Numbered from the stretch's first letter, positions 28,599 through 37,614 are shown. The stretch: 64,000 nt of DNA from Planctomycetota bacterium (GCA_016209685.1 JACQVQ010000008.1:129778-193777), one strand, 5' to 3'. The notes: generated by a model not told the origin, from the sequence alone. Made by a program: numbers and translations.

Positions 28599-29279
28599 TT
28601 GTGGTCAAAGTACTTCAAATGGCTCAATCTATTCCTCTACCCCGGCACCGTAGTACATGAACTCAGCCACGCCGTCCTCTGCCTGATTACAGGGGCCACC
28701 ATCACGGAGTTTAACCTCCTGAGGCTGAAAGACGTGGAGATAAAGTACGATACGCCCAAGGTACCCGTCTTTGGTGACTTCCTCATAGTCTTTGCCCCCA
28801 TTGTGGCATGTACCGCAGTATGGATGGGCATCTCTATTGCCCTGGGTAGCCCGGTGAACGTCAATGCCTCCTTGCCCAAAGACATAGCATTCACGGGGCA
28901 GGGCTTCTTTGAATTTGCAAAGGACCTTGTTGACACCATAAAGTTTACCACCCTGGGGATCTGGCAGACGGCAGATGCCCGGGACCCTAAGTGGGTAGGT
29001 TTTATCATCGCTACCATTATCTTTACGGTTTCCATGGCCCCACAGGCGAAGGACCTTAAATACCTCATCCCAGGGATAATTGTCCTTGCGGCCATATTCT
29101 TCTTCCTGGCAGAGTTTAAGATAGCGATAGGCCCATGGATTACGGGAAAACTCTCCTACTTCTGGGTGGCCGTGAACCTTGCGGGTTGTATGCTCCTGAG
29201 TATCCTGTCCCTGACGGCCATTGCCCTGGGGGTATATTCGGCCGTCAGGCTGATGACGAGCAAGAAGAGGGGCGAGTGA
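28599..29279 (+). CDS. Polytopic membrane protein with HExxH motif (putative membrane metalloprotease-like)
   Basis: VVHELSHAV lies within the first TM segment; about 6 TM helices. Confidence 0.45.
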   Translation: MWSKYFKWLNLFLYPGTVVHELSHAVLCLITGATITEFNLLRLKDVEIKYDTPKVPVFGDFLIVFAPIVACTAVWMGISIALGSPVNVNASLPKDIAFTGQGFFEFAKDLVDTIKFTTLGIWQTADARDPKWVGFIIATIIFTVSMAPQAKDLKYLIPGIIVLAAIFFFLAEFKIAIGPWITGKLSYFWVAVNLAGCMLLSILSLTAIALGVYSAVRLMTSKKRGE

Positions 29280-29293
29280 GGGCTAAGTGAGGA

Positions 29294-29887
29294 ATGATAA
29301 ATGCGGAGTACGGAATGCGGGATAAAGAAACTCCGAATGCCGAATTTAACATTCCGCATTCTTCAGGAGGGTTATTTTATACCAGTTTTAGGACGGCAAT
29401 AGGTCTGGTACACGTCGTATGGGGTACCAGGGGGTTACTCTTGACCTCTTTTCCTGATACGGGGGAGAGGTCCTTCTTGAAGGGGGTGGGGGAGAGGTTT
29501 GGGGTGATACCTATAAAGGGAGGAATCCCTCCAGGTGGGACAAAAGGACTCCTGGAGAGGTACTTCTACGGAGAGAAAGTCAGTTTCTCCAACGTGCCAT
29601 TAGATTTAGTTTGTGGTACTGCCTTTCAGCAGGACGTGTGGAGAAAACTGATGGAGATACCCTATGGGGAGGTCAGGAGTTACGGTTGGGTGGCCAGGGA
29701 GGTAGGGCGTCCTGCGGCTGTCAGGGCGGTAGGGGGGGCCTGCGGACAGAATCCATTACCGCCCATTGTCCCCTGCCACAGGGTAGTCGGCTCAAGGGGA
29801 GAGTTGACGGGGTACTCAGGTACTGGGGGGATAAGTTTAAAGAAGAGACTGTTGGAGTTAGAAAGGGCTACAATCTGTGCACGCTAG
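29294..29887 (+). CDS. ogt: Methylated-DNA--protein-cysteine methyltransferase
   Basis: Active site IVPCHRVVG; YGEVRSYGWVA. The first ~20 codons overlap a GGAATGCGG hairpin repeat, so the true start is uncertain. Confidence 0.85.
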   Translation: MINAEYGMRDKETPNAEFNIPHSSGGLFYTSFRTAIGLVHVVWGTRGLLLTSFPDTGERSFLKGVGERFGVIPIKGGIPPGGTKGLLERYFYGEKVSFSNVPLDLVCGTAFQQDVWRKLMEIPYGEVRSYGWVAREVGRPAAVRAVGGACGQNPLPPIVPCHRVVGSRGELTGYSGTGGISLKKRLLELERATICAR

Positions 29888-29995
29888 GTGGGAAAGGGGG
29901 GTTGATGTCCCTATCCATTTTTTGGGACTGGGGAGGGTGTAGGGCTGGAGGATGCCAGCAGGTAATACGTGGGCAAGAGTAAGATGCTGGACTAG

Positions 29996-30118
29996 ATGGC
30001 CAAGGAGAAGCTGAACCTGAAGAGTCAGGAGGAGGCCGGGGAAAAGGCCCTGGAGATATTCAACAAGCGGGTAGATGATTTCTGGATAGCGAGATTAAAA
30101 GATAGGTTCAAAAGATGA
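29996..30118 (+). CDS. Possible 40-aa ORF translationally coupled (ATGA) to the nuclease gene
   Basis: MAKEKLNLKSQEEAGEKALEIFNKRVDDFWIARLKDRFKR. Its stop, TGA 30116-30118, overlaps ATG 30115. No family recognised. Confidence 0.25.
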   Translation: MAKEKLNLKSQEEAGEKALEIFNKRVDDFWIARLKDRFKR

Positions 30119-30816
30119 TAGATAAAAATTTTGTGGTAACTATCTTTTTGTTACTAGCTAAACCAATTGCGGCTTGGAATACAAAAATGAAGCGCCGCAG
30201 TTCAACAGACAAAGAATATTTTGTACAGGACTGGGTTGAGGAACAGTTACATGGGCATTTCCAAATTTACAGGCAAGGCAGAAATTCACATCCTGACTAT
30301 ATTCTTACATCAAACAGTATATCTCAAGGATTGGAGGTTAAATCCCTTGAGTGTCGTCGAAAAGATAAGGATTTGAAGATAGCACCTTGTAGGACAGACG
30401 TAGACTTTAACAGTTGCATCCCCTGTGGCTTTATAAAGTTTAGAGAGAAAAAGCTAAAATGTTATTATGCCTTCATTTTATATGAATCTGACGCTAAATC
30501 CTCACTTCATGTGAAAGGTGTTTCTATTGCCTTTGTAGATGGAGATTTCTTGAATAGAGATTTTGACTTAGCCGTGGGGCACCGCAATGTATCAGAAGGA
30601 GGGTTTGGAAGTTATGGAGATGCCTTTATTCGTACCCGTAAGATGTATAGATTCCCAAATCCGCTTACACATCCTCAGTTCAGATACCAGAATGTTTTAG
30701 TCACAGAATTCTGTTTGGAGAATCCATCTAGGTTTGGACTAAGACTACTATCCACTGTTCAAAAGAAGGATAAAACAGGTAAGGTGTGGCCTTTCAGTGT
30801 GTATACACCTGCCTAA
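30115..30816 (+). CDS. Putative PD-(D/E)xK restriction endonuclease
   Basis: HPDYILTSNSISQGLEVKS (PD...E-x-K). AT-rich. Convergent with the methylase gene, and the stop codons overlap (CTAA). Confidence 0.55.
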   Translation: MIDKNFVVTIFLLLAKPIAAWNTKMKRRSSTDKEYFVQDWVEEQLHGHFQIYRQGRNSHPDYILTSNSISQGLEVKSLECRRKDKDLKIAPCRTDVDFNSCIPCGFIKFREKKLKCYYAFILYESDAKSSLHVKGVSIAFVDGDFLNRDFDLAVGHRNVSEGGFGSYGDAFIRTRKMYRFPNPLTHPQFRYQNVLVTEFCLENPSRFGLRLLSTVQKKDKTGKVWPFSVYTPA

Positions 30817-33287
30817 AATAGGCCCAATTGATATTGTCTCTGTCTTTTCACAAACACTTTTTGTCCCTTAAAAATTTCCTCACTCACGGCATCAACAGAT
30901 ACCTCATTCGCTCTTAAAAACTTCTCCATAACTAATGCACTTTGCAGTCGAGAGAGTGGGGTTAAAATCTTTGCCATTAAAATTACTCTAATATCGTTTC
31001 GGCTTAGCCTCCTACCTCTTTGATTGAACATTTCCACGGTTGTTTGAGTCTTTTCTTTTGCCTCTTCTATCAAATCAGGCTGTAGTTTATGAAACGGTGT
31101 AATTGGCTCTTGCTTACGACACACAAAAATTATATCCAAATTAATAGGTTCTTTTGCCTGTTGCTTTGGCACTGCAACCGACATTTCTGATTTGACAGGA
31201 TGACTTGCTTCAATGTAGAAACCAGCTTGGTTCAGGGCTTTCAGTACAGAAATCCATCCCTCCTGCCTAGAGTGATGATACGTGAAAACCAGGAGTCCCC
31301 ACTTTTTCAATACCCTATGACAATCCTTGTAAACATAGGCAAGGTTTGTTGCAAATTTTTCAGGGTCGGTTTGTTGGACTTCTCTATCTGAACGTGTAGT
31401 TTCACAACGAAACACCTCTTTTGTGCCTAGTATATACCTTTGCCAAACGTAGAAAAAGTCTGCCAGTTGAGAGTAATGAACATTATCAAAAAAAGGTGGA
31501 TCAGTAACTACAACATCAACCGAATTATCCGCAATATCTGTCTTACACGAGCTACCACATGAAAGATATGTATCCAGGTTTTTCGTAGCAAATTCATTAT
31601 ATGTTCTGGCTATACGAGTTCCTATGGTTTGACTAAGGCCAAATATCTTTTTTGAGACGATTCTTCCATTTCTTTGAGACAGCTCAAGCTCAAAAGGCTT
31701 TTCACGGTATTGGACTGCACGAGTGAGTCTGCCCGCATAAAGGGTTGAAAAGGCACCAGAACTTTTGGGCGTCCCCCAAATATTTGCCTCAAGTGGTACT
31801 CTTTCTGGTTTTAAAATGTGGTGAGAAAACATGTGCCTAACTGCTCCAGTCCCTTCTCCTTTAAATGAACAAAACATATTGTTAAATTCTAGACACCCTG
31901 AAAACAGACAAGTAAAAAGACCTCGCAACCTTTCATCACTAATTTTTTTAATCCGTTCAGCTAAGATATGCAGGCAGAGAAGCTGACGATCGTTAAACAT
32001 TTGATGCCAATGGGTATATCCGTAATTTATAACCTGGTCTGTATTATACCCTGGCTTTATGGCTACTATGGGGTAAGGATTCTTATAATCCTTGAGTTCC
32101 TTCCTCACCCTTTCAAAAAGTTTTATATCAAAATCATTTATGGGAACATATTCCTTCACGCCATTGGGAAGCAAGACCATCTTTGCGTACATCCTGTGAG
32201 TTGGTGGACGTCCCGATAGTTGGTAAGTCTTAGCAATTGAGAGTTCGTGGTTGCAATTTGGGCAGGCAGCCTTACTACCTCTGGTTGGTCCCACATGGGG
32301 GTTGTACTGGAAGTAACATTTACTACAACAAGCAGTAAGGTCTTGAAAGTTAATAGTATTAACTTCACCACAATTGGGGCATAGTGATTTGGCCTTGGGG
32401 AATTGGGTAGGATAGGCATGTTGTGCAAAAACACGAGAAGAAAACAAATCCACTACATGCTCGCATTCTGGACAAGTAGTGGTCTTGACCCAAAAATAGT
32501 AAAGAACGTCTACTATACTGTCATTTTGAAGTCTCGTTTTATAGAATGCCTTTATCTTATCTGCAACATCCACCTCAATAGCACTGAATGTTGTTTGAAC
32601 TTCTTCCAAGGAATAATTTTCTAGCGAGTTACGAACCATAAAAAAGGAAACAGGATTTATATCCCTGCCAATCACCCGACAACCCAGCTTAAGTGCTTCT
32701 CCAAGGGTTGTTCCGCTTCCCATAAATGGGTCATAAATAACAAACCCCGGGTAACGCACTGGCTTATAGAAGAGATTTAGAATATTATTGCCCTCTGGTG
32801 TACATGCCCCGATGATTAGCGCACGAAATACAGTGCCAAGCCTCTGTGCCCACCACTTATGGACATGATAGATTGGACGATATATCTCCTTCCGCCAGCT
32901 TTCGTGCTCGGCAATCTCGCTTATTTCTTCAAAAGGAAACGAATCCTCAATTGCCTTGCGGAATTCTGTAGGTGCAGTATACGAGGCAAGTTCTTCAGCT
33001 ACCTTTTCAGGAGAAAAAGCTCTCCGCAGCCTCTTAATTGTTTCCGCTGGCTTTTTCTCTATAGCAGCCAACCATGCGGGAGGAACTCGTCCTGCAAGCA
33101 GAGTAAGCTCATCTGTATCCCAGCGTAAGACCCTTGCCAACTTTTTAACAAGAGCTACCGAAGGTGGGACTTTTTCGTTTTCTATTCTAGATAAATAGGC
33201 AAAATTGACGTCTAGTCTTTTGGCTAGAGATTTTAGGGAGACCCCTTTTCTTTTTCGTATCTTTCTTAAGTATGCCCCAAAAGACAT
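30813..33287 (-). CDS. DNA methyltransferase: N-terminal XRE-type HTH, DUF1156-like region and Zn-ribbon-containing N6/N4 methylase
   Basis: HTH LKSLAKRLDVNFAYLSRIENEK. HKWWAQRLG (DUF1156-like). Motif I DPFMGSGTT. Four CxxC pairs. Motif IV VVTDPPFFDNVHYSQLADFFYVW. Confidence 0.8.
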   Translation of the reverse strand: MSFGAYLRKIRKRKGVSLKSLAKRLDVNFAYLSRIENEKVPPSVALVKKLARVLRWDTDELTLLAGRVPPAWLAAIEKKPAETIKRLRRAFSPEKVAEELASYTAPTEFRKAIEDSFPFEEISEIAEHESWRKEIYRPIYHVHKWWAQRLGTVFRALIIGACTPEGNNILNLFYKPVRYPGFVIYDPFMGSGTTLGEALKLGCRVIGRDINPVSFFMVRNSLENYSLEEVQTTFSAIEVDVADKIKAFYKTRLQNDSIVDVLYYFWVKTTTCPECEHVVDLFSSRVFAQHAYPTQFPKAKSLCPNCGEVNTINFQDLTACCSKCYFQYNPHVGPTRGSKAACPNCNHELSIAKTYQLSGRPPTHRMYAKMVLLPNGVKEYVPINDFDIKLFERVRKELKDYKNPYPIVAIKPGYNTDQVINYGYTHWHQMFNDRQLLCLHILAERIKKISDERLRGLFTCLFSGCLEFNNMFCSFKGEGTGAVRHMFSHHILKPERVPLEANIWGTPKSSGAFSTLYAGRLTRAVQYREKPFELELSQRNGRIVSKKIFGLSQTIGTRIARTYNEFATKNLDTYLSCGSSCKTDIADNSVDVVVTDPPFFDNVHYSQLADFFYVWQRYILGTKEVFRCETTRSDREVQQTDPEKFATNLAYVYKDCHRVLKKWGLLVFTYHHSRQEGWISVLKALNQAGFYIEASHPVKSEMSVAVPKQQAKEPINLDIIFVCRKQEPITPFHKLQPDLIEEAKEKTQTTVEMFNQRGRRLSRNDIRVILMAKILTPLSRLQSALVMEKFLRANEVSVDAVSEEIFKGQKVFVKRQRQYQLGLF

Positions 33288-33403
33288 GACGGTATTATAA
33301 ATTGGTTGACAATATTGTCAACCAATTTGTAAAAGAAACTTTAGTGAAAAGATTCGTTCAATACGCAATTAAGAGCAAATGAAATACACGAAGTGGCTGA
33401 TAT

Positions 33404-33565
33404 CTACTTCCCATCCTCCATTACTTTATACTTTACTTCCTCTATTGCTTTGAAATCCAGATAACCCCTTTTCCAGGCCAGGAAGAGAGCTACTGCCGCC
33501 CCCATGAAGAAGAGTCCGCTTACAAAGAGCATCAGCCAGCTGGTGAAGAGGGGTGTGTCCTTCAC
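33404..33565 (-). CDS. ccoS: CcoS/FixS-like cbb3 oxidase maturation peptide
   Basis: A TM helix followed by LAWKRGYLDFKAIEEVKYKVMEDG (compare the RSGQ[FY]DD motif). The track ORF (to 33697) runs into repeat DNA. Start taken as GTG 33565 or ATG 33532; uncertain. Confidence 0.5.
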   Translation of the reverse strand: MKDTPLFTSWLMLFVSGLFFMGAAVALFLAWKRGYLDFKAIEEVKYKVMEDGK

Positions 33566-33596
33566 GGAGTCCAGGAGACAGGCGCAGGGAAAGACA

Positions 33597-33644
33597 GGGG
33601 TCAGGGGGTAGGGATTAGGGGCCAGGGGGTTGGGGGGGCGGGGG
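33597..33644 (+). repeat. G-run array (GGGG TCA GGGGG TA GGG ATTA GGGG CCA GGGGG TT GGGGGGG C GGGGG)
   Basis: Read directly. Adjacent to the AT-rich repeat at 33654-33693. Confidence 0.8.
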
Positions 33645-33725
33645 TAAGACCCCATTGGAAATTGGAAATTGGAAATTTTAAATTTTAAAATTTTCATTTT
33701 ACAATTTACAATCTCTCAGTTTTCC

Positions 33726-34277
33726 TTACCTCAAACTCTGTAGATACGTTACAAGGGCCTCTGTCTCTTCTCTAGACAGATAGGAAAAAGGGGGCATTAC
33801 TGAGCCTTTAACCTTTCCAGCCATCCCTTCCTCCTCAGGTGTCTTTGGCCTGGGGTTCATCAGGTGATTCCTGTGCCAATCGTCCTCGTACTTTCCCCCC
33901 AGGTGGGAGAGGTCTGGCCCGGTGCGTTCTGTACCCAGGACGTGGGGGTAGTCATACTGATAGTCCCCGGGTTGGGAGACGTTCCCCAGACCCGCATCCG
34001 TCCTTATGGGCCTTACCTGCTGGGTGTGACAGTACCAGCATCCCTCCCTTACGTAAATCTGGCGTCCCAGGAGTGCCCTTTCTGAGTAGGGTACCCCCTT
34101 GTCCGTGGCAGGAATCTTTTCCATGTACGGTAGCACGGCCGTGGAGAGGAAGGCAATGATTATAAGGAGCATCGCCCCTGGTACCAGTATACCCAGGACA
34201 ATGCTCCTTTTATAATATATCCCTCCCAGGCATATAATGCTACCGGCCAGGATAAATAATATAAGGGCTGTGTACAT
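33726..34277 (-). CDS. ccoO: cbb3-type cytochrome c oxidase subunit II (monoheme)
   Basis: N-terminal TM helix; EGCWYCHTQQVRP motif. Directly follows ccoN. Confidence 0.85.
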   Translation of the reverse strand: MYTALILFILAGSIICLGGIYYKRSIVLGILVPGAMLLIIIAFLSTAVLPYMEKIPATDKGVPYSERALLGRQIYVREGCWYCHTQQVRPIRTDAGLGNVSQPGDYQYDYPHVLGTERTGPDLSHLGGKYEDDWHRNHLMNPRPKTPEEEGMAGKVKGSVMPPFSYLSREETEALVTYLQSLR

Positions 34278-34278
34278 G

Positions 34279-35871
34279 CTATGCCCCTTTACTCCTTAGG
34301 CGGCCCCCTGGTGAATCTGCCTTGTAAAAGGTTAAGAGGACGTTCACCACAAATAACATTACCCCTGTCGCCATTAGTCCTGCCCCTAGCCAGAGGGTGA
34401 AGTAAAAGGGATGTAAGAGTCTAACAATATCAATAAACTCCACTGCAGGTTTAAAGAGGGCACTGCCGGTGACAAAATCGTATTCCTCCAGCTTGACCAG
34501 CCACATGGCCCCCTGGACTATCCCCGCCGTGTGCAATATGCCCAGGAAGATAATTAGGCCCAGGCATAACAGCCAGAAGTGCCAGTGGGCCAGCCTCAAG
34601 TTGATACTGGTATTAAGGAGTCTTGGGAGGACGTAGTAAATGGAGGCCATGCTTATGAAGGAGAAGGTGGCCAGGAAGGCCAGGTGGGCATGGGCTACTA
34701 CCCAGTAAGAGAGGTGGAGGTTGGAGTTGACGGCCTTGAGGGCCTGGAACGGACCCTGGGTGCACGTGAGGAAATAGGCCAGCCCGCCTATCATGAAAAA
34801 CCTTACTGGCAGATGCTCTGGAGAGTTGTCAAACATGAGGTGCCAGCTCCCCTGGGCCGTCTTAAAGAAGTTATATACTACGGCAAAGACCGGGATGAGC
34901 ATGAGAACGCTGAAGGTTATGGCCACGTCCTCCAGCCAGTCGGGGCCTGGGCCATAGATGAGATGGTGTTGGCCGTTCCAGACGTAAAAGAAGGCCAGTG
35001 TCCAGAAGCCTATGAGGGAGAGCCTGTGACTGTATAAGGGGTTTTTGGTGAGTACTGGTAGGAAGTAATAGAATATACCCAGCCCCAAAGTGCTGAACCA
35101 CATGCCTATGATGTTATGTCCGTACCACCAGTTTAGCATGGCATCGTTCACCCCGGGTACGGGGCCCCTGCCGCCCAGGCCCGTCGTATCCATGAGGAAG
35201 TTGTTACCCACCATGTAGGTGAAGGGCATCCATACCAGCGAGCCCAGGAAATACCACAGGCTGACGTACATAGCCTTGTCCTTCATACGGGCTACGGTCT
35301 TGAACACGTTGTAGCCCAGCAGTGCAAGGATGGACATAAAGAGGTAGTCCAGGGGCAGTATAAACTCTGCGTATTCCCTTCCCTGCGTGTATCCTAAAGG
35401 CAGGGTGATAGAAGCCCCGATGAGGAGCAGGTTCCATAACAGGCAGGTCAGGTTGCCCAGCCTCTCGCTGTAGAGTCTTACCCCCGTGAGCCTGGGAAGG
35501 ATGTAGAGCATTATCCCCGTGCTGGACATGGAAAGCCAGCCGAATAGGGCGCCATTAACGTGGAGGGGCCTGAGCCTGCCGAAGGAAAGCCAGGCCGTCC
35601 CACCCAGGAAATCGGGCCAGACAAACTTGGTGGCAAGGATAAGGGCCAGGGAGACTACGAAGGCAAGCCATAATACGGAGGAGAGGATAAAACTCCTGGC
35701 CGCAGAGTTTTCCTCATCGTTATTGTTCCATCTACACAGGCCGCTTAGGAGGGACAAAAGACCCATATCTTGACGGGAGCGGCCCTGCCACCTGCCGGGC
35801 CTCTTAGCCTCCACCCCTTCTATGTCACCGAGTTTCTTTCCCTTTACCGTACTTCGCCTGGAAAGAGGCAA
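34279..35871 (-). CDS. ccoN: cbb3-type cytochrome c oxidase subunit I
   Basis: NWWYGHNIIGMWF motif and 12+ TM helices. The start is uncertain: the track uses TTG 35871, which overlaps the upstream cytochrome c gene, and ATG 35766 is an alternative. Confidence 0.85.
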   Translation of the reverse strand: MPLSRRSTVKGKKLGDIEGVEAKRPGRWQGRSRQDMGLLSLLSGLCRWNNNDEENSAARSFILSSVLWLAFVVSLALILATKFVWPDFLGGTAWLSFGRLRPLHVNGALFGWLSMSSTGIMLYILPRLTGVRLYSERLGNLTCLLWNLLLIGASITLPLGYTQGREYAEFILPLDYLFMSILALLGYNVFKTVARMKDKAMYVSLWYFLGSLVWMPFTYMVGNNFLMDTTGLGGRGPVPGVNDAMLNWWYGHNIIGMWFSTLGLGIFYYFLPVLTKNPLYSHRLSLIGFWTLAFFYVWNGQHHLIYGPGPDWLEDVAITFSVLMLIPVFAVVYNFFKTAQGSWHLMFDNSPEHLPVRFFMIGGLAYFLTCTQGPFQALKAVNSNLHLSYWVVAHAHLAFLATFSFISMASIYYVLPRLLNTSINLRLAHWHFWLLCLGLIIFLGILHTAGIVQGAMWLVKLEEYDFVTGSALFKPAVEFIDIVRLLHPFYFTLWLGAGLMATGVMLFVVNVLLTFYKADSPGGRLRSKGA

Positions 35872-36286
35872 GGAGTTGGTCTATGTGTTTGTTCCAGGCC
35901 TCCGGGTTAGAAAGCTTTCTGACCCTGGAGTCGTGTACCAGGAAGTCAAATACCTGCTTACCCTCATTCGGGGTTATCCCTGAGCCTGGTTTGCGCATCA
36001 TCTTGTTTACGTAGGTATTCCATTCCTCGGCCGTAGCGAAGGGGGCGTTGAGGGGACGGGCCAGGCCGTGACACCTGCCACATTTAACGGCAAAGACCTT
36101 GTATGCCTCCTGTACGGGAGGGGGATAATTTGAGATGTCTACTGTCTCAGGGCCCAGGTCCCAGGCCATAGGGTTCCTGGCGGCCTCTATCTCTTTTTCC
36201 AGTGCGGAAGGGCTCCCCTCGGCATAAATAGCAGTAGGCAGTAGGCAGTAAGCAGTAAGCAGTAAGCGGTAGAGGGCTGATTTCAT
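35825..36286 (-). CDS. Secreted monoheme cytochrome c
   Basis: CGRCH motif. Start taken at ATG 36286 (MKSALYRLLLTAYCLLPTAIYA/EG). The signal peptide is encoded by a heptamer array. Confidence 0.7.
   Translation of the reverse strand: MKSALYRLLLTAYCLLPTAIYAEGSPSALEKEIEAARNPMAWDLGPETVDISNYPPPVQEAYKVFAVKCGRCHGLARPLNAPFATAEEWNTYVNKMMRKPGSGITPNEGKQVFDFLVHDSRVRKLSNPEAWNKHIDQLLASFQAKYGKGKETR
36231..36272. repeat. Six tandem heptamers (GCAGTAG x2, GCAGTAA x3, GCGGTAG) inside the cytochrome c signal-peptide coding region
   Basis: Read directly. Same CTACTNN family as the arrays at 6103-6127 and 38965-38988. Confidence 0.85.
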
Positions 36287-36419
36287 AAAGGTTAATCCCT
36301 GCTCCTGGTTCCATATCTTATTGGTCCAGGGCCAGGCCAATATTAGCAGACCAGGAATCTAAAGTCAAAGGGTTTAAAGGGCGGGACCTGCCTTCTATGC
36401 ATGATGACCCTGGCGGGAG

Positions 36420-37172
36420 TTACGGAAGTTCTGTACTGATAGACCCCTGTGTAAGGGAAAAGAGGATTACGTTTGCCTGTTGTTTTGCTAGTGAAAGATT
36501 ATTTCGCATCGCATCTGCTAGATCCATCATAAGGGGGGAGACTGCACTTTCTCCTATGCCCATATAATCATCGCCCGCTTCTACGTCCAGGTAATCATTG
36601 CCCAGGGAAGGTAGTTTCTTTATAGCTACAAGGGTTTCATTATAGGACGCCTTGAGGTCTCCTTTTTCTGCATAAATCCACGCCAGGATGGCGTGTATCA
36701 TGGGGTTGGGACGTCTTTCGTCCTTCAGGAGTTTCTTGAGTCCTTCTATAAATTCATTGGCCGTTTGTTTGTTCTCCTCCCGTGATAAGGTAGAAGTAGG
36801 GGGGACATTGGTCAGGCCTGGGTTTATCTCAAATATGGTATTATATTCTTTTACGGCCCTTTGGAGTCGCAATTTTAAGGAATAGGCTATGACCAGGTAC
36901 CTATGTCCATCTATCACTTTGGGTTGAAGCTTTGTTGCCTCCTCTAACTCTTTAACAGCGGCATCGGGGTCCCCGGTCTTTAAGCAGTCCAATCCCTTTT
37001 CAAAGCGGGCCTTTGCATCGCCAGTGTATTCTGTCTGGATAGGCGCGTCGGGAAAAAGAACTTGGAAGTCAGTTGGGACGTCAGGTGGAACGTCAGGTTT
37101 AGGACGTTCTGCCTGGATAGGCGTAGCGAGAAGAAGCACTCCCAAGACCAATAGTAGGGGTATCCTTATCAT
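36420..37172 (-). CDS. Secreted TPR-like repeat protein
   Basis: Signal peptide MIRIPLLLVLGVLLLATPIQA followed by helical repeat segments. Confidence 0.5.
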   Translation of the reverse strand: MIRIPLLLVLGVLLLATPIQAERPKPDVPPDVPTDFQVLFPDAPIQTEYTGDAKARFEKGLDCLKTGDPDAAVKELEEATKLQPKVIDGHRYLVIAYSLKLRLQRAVKEYNTIFEINPGLTNVPPTSTLSREENKQTANEFIEGLKKLLKDERRPNPMIHAILAWIYAEKGDLKASYNETLVAIKKLPSLGNDYLDVEAGDDYMGIGESAVSPLMMDLADAMRNNLSLAKQQANVILFSLTQGSISTELP

Positions 37173-37218
37173 GCGGGCATTTTACAGCATTTACTAATGG
37201 AGTCAAGGCCGAAAAAGG

Positions 37219-37614
37219 CTATGGCAGGAATCTTCTTAACGCAAGTTTCAGGGGGGCTGTATCGGCGGATTTGGTGACGAAGTCGTCGGCTACCCAGCAC
37301 AGATAATTGTCTCTATAACCAGGATGGCTACTGTGTAAGATTACGGGGAGTGTGGGATAGCAAGATTTGACCCTGGAAAGGGTCTGGATACCATCCATCC
37401 CCGGCATGACTACGTCCATTATCACCACCCCTGGCTTCTCTTCAGCTATCTCCTTCAACGCCTCTCGTCCATCTCCTGCTGAGCGTACCTGATAGCCTTC
37501 TCTCTCCAGTTCCTCCCGGAAATAGAACCTCTGGAGGTCATCATCCTCTACAAGAAGGACATTTTTTGAATCAGGATTGGGGGCACACATGGCGGCCTTC
37601 CTTTTTACTGGCAT
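37219..37614 (-). CDS. Stand-alone response regulator receiver domain
   Basis: LLVEDDD...VVIMDVVMPGMDG...ILHSS...K: canonical CheY-like residues. Confidence 0.85.
   Translation of the reverse strand: MPVKRKAAMCAPNPDSKNVLLVEDDDLQRFYFREELEREGYQVRSAGDGREALKEIAEEKPGVVIMDVVMPGMDGIQTLSRVKSCYPTLPVILHSSHPGYRDNYLCWVADDFVTKSADTAPLKLALRRFLP

Noticed and set aside
24932-33400. Search for an integrase or a direct repeat of the tRNA-Ala 3' end that would delimit a classical integrative island
   Set aside because: I found no integrase or recombinase ORF and no convincing copy of the tRNA 3' segment by eye, so the island boundaries remain undefined.
33566-33697. N-terminal extension of the track ORF 33404..33697 (MKILKFKISNFQFPMGSYPRPPNPLAPNPYPLTP...)
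   Set aside because: It is encoded by the AT-rich repeat and the G-run array. Only the C-terminal TM and CcoS-like part looks like a real gene.
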